NCBI GenBank assembly: GCA_964230645.1
Contig: CAXRHT010000001.1
Coordinates: 192,001 to 256,000, forward strand
Origin: Bdellovibrionales bacterium
GTDB lineage: Bacteria > Bdellovibrionota > Bdellovibrionia > Bdellovibrionales > JAGQZY01
Direction of reading: 5' to 3'
DNA length: 64,000 nt
Position 1 is the first letter of the stretch. Each line of letters starts with the position of its first letter. Position numbers and translations under genes: made by a program. Below, piece after piece: positions 47,481-56,450 of this stretch. The notes below the pieces were generated by a model. That model ran no database searches, had not been told where the DNA came from, and saw only the letters and a program-made list of their open reading frames with translations.

Positions 47481-47602
47481 CACTTGCTGCCCAAAGGTAG
47501 CGCTAGCGTGTCAAACATTACGCACCTTAGCTACCACTCGGAAGCAGGTACCTATAGGTGACGCAGAGGCGCTACCAATGGGAAGCAGGTACCTTTTGGT
47601 GA
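47481..47602. repeat. Intergenic repeat cluster (two direct 32-bp copies plus a partial inverted copy)
   Basis: GCTACCAnTnGGAAGCAGGTACCTnTnGGTGA at 47530-47561 and 47571-47602 (28/32 identical); inverted degenerate copy at 47481-47501. Confidence 0.8.
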
Positions 47603-47911
47603 TTAGAGTTTTTTCTCTAGGTCTTGCATTTCTTTTATGCGGATTCTTAGGAGCTCTTTGAGAGCTTTGACGATGTATTTTTCTAAATCGGCGTCTGTGG
47701 CTCCTGTGTTTGAAACCACTTTATCGTAGATCTTTCGGGTTTCCTCGGTGACAGAAAGAGTGATCTTGTACTCGCTCAGATAGTCGTCGACGAGATCACG
47801 GATAAGACCACTCACATTTAGCCCTGAGTTGACTAGATGTTGATGCTGGTCCTCTCTCATCATTAAGCTAATTCGGCGTAAATCTTTGGCACTGTCTTTT
47901 TCTTTGCTCAA
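47603..47911 (-). CDS. Small putative DNA-binding protein (tandem ribbon-helix-helix-like)
   Basis: RRISLMMREDQ...NVSGLIRDLVDDYL followed by KITLSVTEET... Confidence 0.65.
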   Translation of the reverse strand: MSKEKDSAKDLRRISLMMREDQHQHLVNSGLNVSGLIRDLVDDYLSEYKITLSVTEETRKIYDKVVSNTGATDADLEKYIVKALKELLRIRIKEMQDLEKKL

Positions 47912-47991
47912 TGAAATCCCTCTCTCTAAAAGGCATTTAAAAACTTAAACCTAACCTTAGGACAGTTCCTTTATACAATCCATATTCAAAA

Positions 47992-48888
47992 GTGCAAAAG
48001 GAAACTAATATAATAGACATGACACTCTTAGACTACTTTCCTGAGTCCTTTGAAAAGTTAGAGGACAGCGCCCTTAAGGACCTTATGAGTTCGGTAGAGG
48101 CCTTTAGTTACGACAAAGAAGATTTAGATGAGGACACTGACTTATCGGGAAAAATTGCGGTCGGCGATCATATTCAAACATCAGCTTTCTTAAAAAACTT
48201 TGTGGAAAATAAACTAAGCAATGTCGTACAAACTTCAAACGACGATCTCCCCTACGAGCTTTTTATTGCCAGTATCATTCTTAAAAAGCCACGACTGTTC
48301 CTCAACAACCCCTTAACCATTCTCAATTCTCAAGACTCCTCAGCAACAGCTATGAGAGTATGGCAAGAAAACTTTAACTGCACTGAGCACAAAGAACGAG
48401 TCATGGAGAGTATTCAGAAGTTTATAGGGCGCAATAAGTCCATGAACCGACTTTCCGATAATATTTTAATAGTAATTGATGAACTTTTCTCCAACGCCCT
48501 TTTTAATGCTCCGGTCGATGAAGGCGGTTACCGAATTTTCAAAAACATGCACCGCAATGAACATGTGCGCTTCCCAGGCAATAAAAATGCAAAAATCTTT
48601 GCAGTGCACACTCAGAACGATCTTTTTATAGGTGCCGTGGACCCATGGGGGTCTGTCGATAGAGATGGTATTTGTCATTCTCTCTACAAGGCTTATAATG
48701 AACGCAAGGTGGATGAAACTTCCAAAGGCGCCGGTTTCGGTCTGCGCATGATGCTCGACCGGTCCAGATCAATCTACATCCTTTGTGAAAAGGGTAAAAG
48801 GACACTGGCCTGCTGCCATATGCGTCTTAACATTAGCTTAAAAAAAGTAGAAAATGTTCCGAAACAACTCCATATTAACTGTTTTTAG
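47992..48888 (+). CDS. GHKL/HATPase_c protein (RsbW-like serine kinase / anti-sigma-like)
   Basis: DELFSNAL (N-box), VDPWGS and GAGFGL, with no His-box; alternative start ATG 48019. Confidence 0.75.
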   Translation: MQKETNIIDMTLLDYFPESFEKLEDSALKDLMSSVEAFSYDKEDLDEDTDLSGKIAVGDHIQTSAFLKNFVENKLSNVVQTSNDDLPYELFIASIILKKPRLFLNNPLTILNSQDSSATAMRVWQENFNCTEHKERVMESIQKFIGRNKSMNRLSDNILIVIDELFSNALFNAPVDEGGYRIFKNMHRNEHVRFPGNKNAKIFAVHTQNDLFIGAVDPWGSVDRDGICHSLYKAYNERKVDETSKGAGFGLRMMLDRSRSIYILCEKGKRTLACCHMRLNISLKKVENVPKQLHINCF

Positions 48889-48896
48889 GTGAGGCA

Positions 48897-49391
48897 ATGA
48901 GCGGATTTAAAGTAACAACGAAAATTGACGACAATATGAAGACCCGTATTCAAATTGATGGGGCCATGGATGAGCATTCGGATTACTCATCCATTGAGAC
49001 GAAGTTCACAGATGAAGTTGTTTTTGATTTCAACAATGTCGAACATATCAACTCGACAGGCATCAAGCATTGGGTGCATTGGGTGGCTAAGGTTTCGGAA
49101 TCTAATCCCGAGCTTAAGTTTTATTTTGTAAATTGTCCTAAACCTATAGTGGATCAAATTAATATGGTGGATGGGTTTCTTCCTCCAAAGTCCACAGTTA
49201 AATCCTTCAAGGTTCCTTATTTTTGCGAGGTCTGCGATAAAGATATGACTTGCACCTTCGTGCTAGGTCGTGAGTACAGCTTTGAAGATGGCAAGGCGGT
49301 TCTATCCATCCCCGACAACACCTGCGATCGTGGCGACTGTGAAATGGAGCCCGACGTGGTTGAACAAAAGTATTTCCGTTTTCTTAAATAA
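48897..49391 (+). CDS. STAS-like domain protein with C-terminal Cys4 zinc-ribbon-like segment
   Basis: IDGAMDE, FDFNNVEHINSTGI (STAS phosphosite-like), CPKPIVDQIN and PYFCEVC...C-x4-C. Confidence 0.75.
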   Translation: MSGFKVTTKIDDNMKTRIQIDGAMDEHSDYSSIETKFTDEVVFDFNNVEHINSTGIKHWVHWVAKVSESNPELKFYFVNCPKPIVDQINMVDGFLPPKSTVKSFKVPYFCEVCDKDMTCTFVLGREYSFEDGKAVLSIPDNTCDRGDCEMEPDVVEQKYFRFLK

Positions 49392-49392
49392 G

Positions 49393-49420
49393 AAAAGGAG
49401 CTTAAAAAAGCTCCTTTTTT
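49393..49420. terminator. Bidirectional terminator
   Basis: AAAAGGAGCTT-AAAA-AAGCTCCTTTTTT. Confidence 0.8.
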
Positions 49421-49423
49421 CAA

Positions 49424-49789
49424 TTACAGCTCATCAATAAGTTGAGGATCTAAGACCTCTTCGAGATCTTGCTCACAAGAAACGCCGGTGGACTCAATGT
49501 CCTCTGGGCTCAGAGTGGCGTAGGAAGTATCTACAAGAGCGTACTCACACATGGGCTCACTTTGCTCACAGTAGTCAATTTCACCCTGAGGAGCACAGTT
49601 ATCAGTGTTCACTGTAAAGCTCACTTTATAGATATCTTCTTGAGTTAACTCATCACTAAAAACCTTCTCAACCCCTATGACTGAAACGTACCGGTAGGCC
49701 TTAGAGCCCTGAAAATCCATCAGGCTCAACGCACTTGTGGCTAAAACAATCTGTGGCAAACTGATTAAAAGAATGACTAGAGTTTTCAT
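49424..49789 (-). CDS. Small acidic secreted Cys-containing hypothetical protein
   Basis: GGAGG RBS before MKTLVILL; signal peptide; four Cys. Confidence 0.65.
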   Translation of the reverse strand: MKTLVILLISLPQIVLATSALSLMDFQGSKAYRYVSVIGVEKVFSDELTQEDIYKVSFTVNTDNCAPQGEIDYCEQSEPMCEYALVDTSYATLSPEDIESTGVSCEQDLEEVLDPQLIDEL

Positions 49790-49963
49790 ATCCCCTCCAA
49801 ATTTAATAGTCATCGCTCTTATAGGCCTCTCCTGACGCCCAGACAACGATTGGTGTAATTTTTACCGCTCCTAGCTAGGATCCGAGAAACAGAGAGTCAT
49901 GCATGGACTCGGGGCCCCTTGGAACTCCTCGCTCTCTTTGTATTTTTGAGATAGGCTAGAGTC

Positions 49964-50566
49964 ATGAGTCGAATTCTTAGAGGCAAAGCCTTTCTTTTTT
50001 TTCTTATCGCCCTCATTTTACTCCTGTGGTACTCCGCCGATCGTGAGGCCAGGCAGAACGTTATTGAGTTACAAAAAAAACAGAGCCCTCTTACTGAGGT
50101 AGAGACAAGTGAAGCGAAAAGACCCAGCCCTTTGGATTTTGCAAAAAGTCTCGCTGCAAGACTAAAAATACCAGAGGAGCAAATACAAGGTCCACTTGAT
50201 AAAAATGAGAGTCCTGACAATACCTTCCTCTTTCAACAAGAATGGCGCAAATACCCCGTCTATGAAGCCACTTTGGTTATCCAGGCTCAAGGCCCCGAAG
50301 GTTTTGAAGTTCTACAGAATAGTTTGAAAACAATTAAAGACGCTCAGGCCAATACACGTTTTGAAGCCAATGAAATTCTAGAAAACTTTAAAAATGCGCA
50401 ACCCGATAGCCTCATAGTTGGCGAGCTTCAGCAGGTGCTCTTTGTTCAGATGGAAAAAGGAGAGCTGGCCTACCTAATAAATTATGAAAATAAAGAGGGT
50501 GAAAAAAAGCAAACTCTTGTTAGTGCCGTTTCCAGTGAAGTTTTGTTAGAAAAGAAAACTTTCTAA
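49964..50566 (+). CDS. Membrane-anchored protein resembling the FTP + PepSY propeptide of M4 peptidases
   Basis: FQQEWRKYPVYEATLVI (FTP-like) and LAYLINY...LVSAVSSEVL (PepSY-like); no HExxH. Confidence 0.6.
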   Translation: MSRILRGKAFLFFLIALILLLWYSADREARQNVIELQKKQSPLTEVETSEAKRPSPLDFAKSLAARLKIPEEQIQGPLDKNESPDNTFLFQQEWRKYPVYEATLVIQAQGPEGFEVLQNSLKTIKDAQANTRFEANEILENFKNAQPDSLIVGELQQVLFVQMEKGELAYLINYENKEGEKKQTLVSAVSSEVLLEKKTF

Positions 50567-50583
50567 AGCCCTAAGAGCCGGTA

Positions 50584-51231
50584 TTAAAAGTTTGGAGTAT
50601 TCAAAGATCCTTCCTGATCTTGAAAATAAATGCTAATTTTTTTGCTTTTTTGCTCCGGCAAGAGCCATTTTTCAATCAACTGCCCTAGTTCCCTTCGAGC
50701 CGTTTCTCTGACAAGAGCCTTGTTTTCTAAAGCTCTGTTACCAAGATAAGTTGAAAGCCTCTTCATCAATCGATCTTTAACGCTGGCTTCATTGCGAAAC
50801 ATACTGGACTTTTCATAGTGAATTTTAATCGCTGAAATGTCTGTGGCTGGACGATTAAACTCTAGAGGAGGAGCGATTACCACAATTTCCTGATCCTTTT
50901 CAGTCACCGTCCACGGCTTTTTTAAGTCAATAAAGTAAGTGAAGCGGACGGGAAGCTCCACCGAGACCACAACAGGAGGCAGCTCTAATTTTTCCCAAAA
51001 AATTTTGCGCCGGCTTGTTTCTGAAAACTCTTCAACCTGATCCAGTTCTGCTAACTGAAGATTTTGAACTCCTTGAAGGCTTGTAAGAAAACTTCTTAGC
51101 TCGACTTGCTTTTCTTCCTTGGTGAATTCTGTGACCAGACTTTTTGTCCACTGTCCGGTGAAGTAGAGAAACAAGCCCCCAGTAAGGAGAAAAATACCCA
51201 AAATGCCAGTGAGGAGTTTGATAATTTTCAT
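50584..51231 (-). CDS. DUF4230 family protein
   Basis: N-terminal TM; YFIDLK...IVVIAPP pattern with a helical C-terminus. Confidence 0.7.
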   Translation of the reverse strand: MKIIKLLTGILGIFLLTGGLFLYFTGQWTKSLVTEFTKEEKQVELRSFLTSLQGVQNLQLAELDQVEEFSETSRRKIFWEKLELPPVVVSVELPVRFTYFIDLKKPWTVTEKDQEIVVIAPPLEFNRPATDISAIKIHYEKSSMFRNEASVKDRLMKRLSTYLGNRALENKALVRETARRELGQLIEKWLLPEQKSKKISIYFQDQEGSLNTPNF

Positions 51232-51522
51232 GAGCTTATAGCCTAGCATGTTTATTGGCGAAGCTTCCACTCATTCTTTCCCCCATTTCCCCTCAAAGCC
51301 TTGAGCTCAAAAACAACCCAACCAAAACGGTTTACCTGATAAAGTATTTTAATTTAAATTACTTTCCCTAATAAGGGCGCAGCCTGAATTTTCAGCACTC
51401 AAAAGTTGCCTCATTACGAGCCACCCCTTGAAAGCGGAAAGTAGTCGGCCCTCCTGGAACCCCCGGTTTCAGTGCAATTGTTTTTTTTCTTCATTTTTTT
51501 GTTTCATCATGGAGCGCTTTTC

Positions 51523-51550
51523 TAAACTCATGGCCTGAGTCTTCCGATAA
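51523..51550 (+). promoter_or_regulatory. Sigma28 (FliA)-type promoter
   Basis: TAAA-N16-TCCGATAA upstream of the FliG-C-like gene. Confidence 0.6.
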
Positions 51551-51581
51551 AAACTTACTACAGATTTGAGGTGTAAAATAT

Positions 51582-52043
51582 ATGTCAATACTAGCGCGAT
51601 ACAAAAAACCAGGTGGCTTTAAACAGCTCCTCCAGCTCATCGAGACCAGTCAACCCCTCAAACAGGAAAAGCTCCTCGAAGTTGTTGAAAAGGAGGATCC
51701 CTCTTGGGCACAAAAAATTCGAGAAAAGAAAATCAGTCCAGAAATGGTTCTTGAATGGGAACATGACCATCTATCTTTGATTTTTGAGAACATGATCTCA
51801 CAACACTGCTCTAATATTTTCAAGTCTATGGGAGAGGAAAAGATCAAAGAGTTCTCAACTCTCCTGCGGGCCGATAAATATCGAGAGCTTAAGCAGCTTG
51901 TTGACGACTCCTCAGAGCCTAGTCCATCCCAGTTAGCCGCGGCTTACAGTAATATGCTGGAAACTGTTCGCTATCTTGACGAAGAAAAAATTATTGATTT
52001 ACGCTATATCGATCCTGTCCTGGATCTAGGAGAGGCGGTTTAG
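51582..52043 (+). CDS. Stand-alone FliG C-terminal-domain-like protein
   Basis: LLEVVEKEDPSWAQKIREK...MLETVRYLDEEKII pattern; GAGGTG RBS. Confidence 0.65.
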   Translation: MSILARYKKPGGFKQLLQLIETSQPLKQEKLLEVVEKEDPSWAQKIREKKISPEMVLEWEHDHLSLIFENMISQHCSNIFKSMGEEKIKEFSTLLRADKYRELKQLVDDSSEPSPSQLAAAYSNMLETVRYLDEEKIIDLRYIDPVLDLGEAV

Positions 52044-52072
52044 TTTAAAGAAGAAATCTTTGAACTTATCTT

Positions 52073-52098
52073 AAAAGGGAACCTTTAGGTTCCCTTTT
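52073..52098. terminator. Bidirectional terminator hairpin
   Basis: AAAAGGGAACCT-TT-AGGTTCCCTTTT. Confidence 0.75.
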
Positions 52099-53542
52099 TA
52101 TGTTTTGGAAAGTAGCAGATAAATTCGCTACCAAGACCCGGAGCACTTTTTAAATCCACATGCCCCTCCATTTTAACCATGCAGTTTCGGACGATCGAAA
52201 GTCCTAAACCTGTTCCCTTAGCTTGTTGGTTTTGTTCGTCGCGCACTCGGTAAAAACGTTCAAAAAGTCGGCCTTGATGATAGCTTTCAATTCCCGGCCC
52301 ATTGTCTTTTACGCTCAAAAAACTATAGTTCTCCCCTTCACCCCAGCGAATTTTGATCTGTGAACCTTTTTGGGTGTATTTAATAGCATTCTCAACAAGG
52401 TTTACCAGAACATGCTCAAGGAGATCATAGTTGGCCTTGATCTTTTTTATTTCGTAACTCATATGAATGTCCGATTCATGCTCACGAATGTGTCCACTCA
52501 AGTCATGAAGCACAGCTTCGGTAATCTCCAATGTGTCTAGGTTTTCTATATGCACAGACTCGGCCGATTCAATTTTTGATAACTCTAAAAGATCTTGAAT
52601 AATATTATTGAGACGAAAAAGATTGTTCTCAACCACCTTGAAAGACTCCTCAAGGGTGGAATTGTTTTTCGCCATACTGTCTTTAATAAAACCCAAATAG
52701 CCTTGTATCGAAGTCAATGGAGTTTTTAGTTCATGGGAAGCATTGGCCACAAAGTCCATGCGGACCTTTTCTAATTTTTTGTGATCGGTGATATCGTGAA
52801 AAATAGCTACGGCTCCACGGGTGCGATTCTTTTTTTCATCCAGAAATGGAGAGATGGAAACTTGAAAGTAGTGAGTGGCCGAGTCCACCGACATATCATG
52901 CTGGGCCCCTACCCACTGACTTTTCTGTGTTCGAATACACTCGTTAAAGCCTTCAATGATTTTCTGACTGCGTAGAATTTCGTTGAGCTTCTTACCCCAA
53001 TTGCCTTCTTCTTTTTGATCAAAGAAAAGAGCCATGGGGGCGTTGTAGTAGCGAATGTTCATGTCGCGATCGACGGCCAAAATGGCATCGTTTGCGGCCG
53101 TGAGAAGGGCCTCTAACTCATTTCTTTCCTTTTCAACATCCGCTTTTTTGGTCTTAAGATCTTTCCAAATCTTATTGAGGGATAAATCGAGCTGATACCA
53201 CTCCCCTCGGCTCTCTTTAATCACTTCACTTTTTTTAATATTAAGAGAGCCCTTTTTAATCGCCCTAGCTTTTGCGATCAAAGCCCCTAGAGGCGAGAAA
53301 AAAAGTCGCACGTAAACGAGGCCAAAAATCATGGCCATGGCGAGTAAGACCCAAAACGAGTAAACTAAAACCTTATCGAGTTCAGAAAAAAAGCGGGCGA
53401 TTTCCGGCTGGCTCGCATCGAGCTTGGTTTTTAAGAAATAGCGGAAAAAAGAGCCGACCAGCAAAAATAAAAACAGAAAAAAGCCCACAAACCAGGTGTA
53501 GGCTTTTCGACTGACAATGGCGGCAGACTTAAAAATGGTCAT
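52085..53542 (-). CDS. phoR: Phosphate regulon sensor histidine kinase (TM-HAMP-PAS-HisKA-HATPase)
   Basis: DFVANASHELKTPLTSIQGY, NLVENAIKY, RLFERFYRV and GTGLGLSIV; follows phoU-phoB. Confidence 0.9.
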   Translation of the reverse strand: MTIFKSAAIVSRKAYTWFVGFFLFLFLLVGSFFRYFLKTKLDASQPEIARFFSELDKVLVYSFWVLLAMAMIFGLVYVRLFFSPLGALIAKARAIKKGSLNIKKSEVIKESRGEWYQLDLSLNKIWKDLKTKKADVEKERNELEALLTAANDAILAVDRDMNIRYYNAPMALFFDQKEEGNWGKKLNEILRSQKIIEGFNECIRTQKSQWVGAQHDMSVDSATHYFQVSISPFLDEKKNRTRGAVAIFHDITDHKKLEKVRMDFVANASHELKTPLTSIQGYLGFIKDSMAKNNSTLEESFKVVENNLFRLNNIIQDLLELSKIESAESVHIENLDTLEITEAVLHDLSGHIREHESDIHMSYEIKKIKANYDLLEHVLVNLVENAIKYTQKGSQIKIRWGEGENYSFLSVKDNGPGIESYHQGRLFERFYRVRDEQNQQAKGTGLGLSIVRNCMVKMEGHVDLKSAPGLGSEFICYFPKHKKGT

Positions 53543-54245
53543 CCCTTATTCGGTAACCGATTCCTCGCACCGTTTCAATTAAATCTGCATATTTCCCCAA
53601 TTTTTTTCTCAAACCAAAGACATGGGTATCAATGGTTCGCCCTATCACAGAGATTCCCTCGCCTTGCACTTCCTCAATCAAACGGGCTCGGGTTAAAACT
53701 CGACCGCGATACTCGAGCATCGTAGCAAGAAGCTTAAACTCCGAAGGGGTGAGGCTAAGCATTTCCCCGTCTAAGTAAGCTTTGTAAGTTTTAAGGGATA
53801 CTCTTAAAGGGCCCACCTCAATTTCATCTTGCAAATCCGGCTGACTACTTTGTACCGGGGCCACCGTGTTTCTCTGCACTCTTCTCAACAGAGAAGACAT
53901 GCGCGCTTTAAGAATGTCGGGGCTAAAAGGCTTGGTGATATAGTCATCAGCCCCAGCCTCAAGACCCTCAACAATATTATCGGGATCCGACTTGGCGGTA
54001 AGCATAAGAATGGCAATATCTTTCATGGTATCCATTTTTCGAACCAACTGAGCAATCTCAATTCCTGAGAGTCCTGGCAGCATCCAATCAAGCAACATCA
54101 CATCGTAGCTGTCTCGGTTTAATAAAGCCAAAGCCTCTTCTCCGGAGGTGACATGATCCACAGAGTAGCCCATATTCTCAACCTGCATTTTTAACAGACG
54201 TCCAATATCCATTTCATCTTCAACAATTAATACCCTAGAACTCAT
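53529..54245 (-). CDS. phoB: Phosphate regulon response regulator
   Basis: LIVEDE, LDWMLPGLSG, GLEAGADDYITKPFS, RTIDTH and ETVRGIGY. Confidence 0.9.
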   Translation of the reverse strand: MSSRVLIVEDEMDIGRLLKMQVENMGYSVDHVTSGEEALALLNRDSYDVMLLDWMLPGLSGIEIAQLVRKMDTMKDIAILMLTAKSDPDNIVEGLEAGADDYITKPFSPDILKARMSSLLRRVQRNTVAPVQSSQPDLQDEIEVGPLRVSLKTYKAYLDGEMLSLTPSEFKLLATMLEYRGRVLTRARLIEEVQGEGISVIGRTIDTHVFGLRKKLGKYADLIETVRGIGYRIRDDHF

Positions 54246-54942
54246 TGTTTCCCTCCCTTGGCCCATCAAGTTCTCGTTCTCCACTTTCGTGTCGAATGTC
54301 CTCCCCTGAAATGAGGAAGATGGCTTCTTCGGCAATGTTGGTTGCATGGTCACCGATCCTTTCTAAGTTGCGAATAATTGTGAACAGTTCTAAATTTCCA
54401 TCAATATTGGTTTGGCTCTTACGCATAGACTCGCGAATGGCTTCACTGAGGGAGTCACGGTATCCATCCACGGAGTCGTCAATTTTCAAAACTTCCCTAG
54501 CCTCCTCCTCATCGTTTTGAATGAAGGCATTGAGACCTTTTCTGACCATCAGACGAACCAGGTCGGCCATTTTAGGGATTTCGTTGGCCACAGGCAGAGG
54601 CTGACCTTTCATGTAGTCATAGATGCTATAGGTCATTGAACAGGCTAAATCCCCCATGCGTTCAAGATCCATAGCCATTTTCGTGCAAACCAACAACAAG
54701 CGCAGATCCGAGGCCACGGGAGATTGTCTAGCCAATAACTTAAAGCAGTCTCGATCTATTTTTTTATGGAATTCATTAATTTTGTCTTCCAGTTCAAAAA
54801 CTCGCTCGAGACCTGCCGTATTTTTCTTGGCAAGGGCTTTGGTTGAGATCACAATGGACTCCTCCACCAATCCCGACATTTCATTCACCGCTGATTTCAG
54901 ACGGGTGAGATATTGTTGTAAAAGAGTATCCATATTAACCAA
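54235..54942 (-). CDS. phoU: Phosphate signalling complex protein PhoU
   Basis: QSPVASDLR, DLERMGDLA, DDSVD and LERIGDHATNIAE. Confidence 0.96.
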   Translation of the reverse strand: MVNMDTLLQQYLTRLKSAVNEMSGLVEESIVISTKALAKKNTAGLERVFELEDKINEFHKKIDRDCFKLLARQSPVASDLRLLLVCTKMAMDLERMGDLACSMTYSIYDYMKGQPLPVANEIPKMADLVRLMVRKGLNAFIQNDEEEAREVLKIDDSVDGYRDSLSEAIRESMRKSQTNIDGNLELFTIIRNLERIGDHATNIAEEAIFLISGEDIRHESGERELDGPREGNNEF

Positions 54943-55696
54943 ACCTTCCGGTAATATAATCTTCCGTTCTTGTATCTTTGGGGTTCATAAAAAGGTCCGA
55001 AGTCTTTCCAACCTCAATCAACTCACCATCAAGAAGAAAGGCGGTGCGATCAGAAATACGGGCCGCCTGCTTTCTTGAGCTGGTAGTGAATATGACTGGG
55101 AACTTTTCAGAGAACTCCCGAATTAATTGTTCAATTTGTAAGGTCACTTGTAAGCCCACTCGGCTAGTCACCTCGTCCATCAACATAACTTTTGGCTTCA
55201 AACAAAGAGAGCGCGCAATACATACAAGCTGTTTTTCACCAGCGCTTAAGCGTTGTGGATAGCGATTTAAATTTTGTCTTAAATCATCCCATAAACCCAC
55301 TTGAATCAAAGCCTTTTCGACAGCCTCTCCGATATGAGCTCCTGACTCAATACGGTTCAGTCTCATGCCTAAGGCAATATTTTCAAAAATCGACAAATGA
55401 GAAAACGTGGTGGGCTCGGCAAAGATCATAGAGAAATTACGGCGAAGTTTAAGTAAATTGTAATGACTAGAGAGAAGGTTTTTACCATTAAACCAAATTT
55501 CCCCCTCGACCCGATTTCCCTGCCTCTCTTCAAAGAGACGGTTAATACACCGGAGCAGAGTGGACTTACCACTTCCCCTAGGGCCAATAATTGAAAGTAT
55601 TTTTTTATTCTCTACACCGAGATTCACTCGGTCTAAAATTTTGCGAGAATCTGACCAGGCCTCTAGATCCTTTATATCCATAATTGTTTTAGCCAT
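54935..55696 (-). CDS. pstB: PstB-like phosphate ABC ATP-binding protein with degenerate catalytic motifs
   Basis: GPRGSGKSTLLRCINR, GLWDD, QAARISD and TEDYITGRFG identify PstB; the Q-loop, signature, D-loop and H-loop are altered. Confidence 0.88.
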   Translation of the reverse strand: MAKTIMDIKDLEAWSDSRKILDRVNLGVENKKILSIIGPRGSGKSTLLRCINRLFEERQGNRVEGEIWFNGKNLLSSHYNLLKLRRNFSMIFAEPTTFSHLSIFENIALGMRLNRIESGAHIGEAVEKALIQVGLWDDLRQNLNRYPQRLSAGEKQLVCIARSLCLKPKVMLMDEVTSRVGLQVTLQIEQLIREFSEKFPVIFTTSSRKQAARISDRTAFLLDGELIEVGKTSDLFMNPKDTRTEDYITGRFG

Positions 55697-56450
55697 ACTC
55701 CACCTCGTGATAATTCATTTGGGAATCGAGCACGGCCCTAAGTAGATGAAGCAAGACAAAGACAAGAGCAAGGCTGGCTGTTTTTTGCTGATCCTTGGCG
55801 ATATGAAAGAAAAACTCAAGGGAGAGATAGTGAAAGTCCCCATCACTATCTGAAAACAAGAATAAAAATGGAGTCACTAAGGCCACCAAATAAAGAAAGG
55901 TCGAGACAAAGTGTCCCCCATAGGTTTTGTAGTAACGTCTGATAAAGAGTTGATAGGCGATCACAGCCCGACTGAGCCCCATGGCTTGCATGCCCTCAAT
56001 TTCTAGGGATCTTATTTTTTCAGAAATTTGAATCCAACGCTGACTGAGTTTAATAGCTCCAATAAAAAAGAGACTGGTAAACATTATGATTTTTTGACCA
56101 CTAAAAACGTAAAGAAAACCCACCCCAATGAGGAGAACGGGAGTTCGAACGAGCCAATTCAAAAGCCTTCGAATCCCGGGATTTGATCTCGTGTGTTTTC
56201 TTGAAATAAAAATATAAGTGGCCGCTCCACTAAATGGCGCTGCCGTCAATAAGCTAATCAAAACCAATCCCAGAGTTTCTGGCAAATAGGTCATATCCTG
56301 CAATATTTGCGATAAGGAAATATTATAAAAAATATGAAAAGCCAGAACCAACAGATAGGAAACCAGTAAAATGAAGGAGAAACTAGCCAACAAATAAAGG
56401 CTTAACATCATCGAGTGGTTGGTACGGTTACGAAATTCACGACGAGGCAT
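55689..56450 (-). CDS. pstA: Highly divergent PstA-like permease
   Basis: Six TMs; LVRTPVLLIG and an EAA-loop remnant EGMQAMGLSR; located before pstB. Confidence 0.6.
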   Translation of the reverse strand: MPRREFRNRTNHSMMLSLYLLASFSFILLVSYLLVLAFHIFYNISLSQILQDMTYLPETLGLVLISLLTAAPFSGAATYIFISRKHTRSNPGIRRLLNWLVRTPVLLIGVGFLYVFSGQKIIMFTSLFFIGAIKLSQRWIQISEKIRSLEIEGMQAMGLSRAVIAYQLFIRRYYKTYGGHFVSTFLYLVALVTPFLFLFSDSDGDFHYLSLEFFFHIAKDQQKTASLALVFVLLHLLRAVLDSQMNYHEVEYG

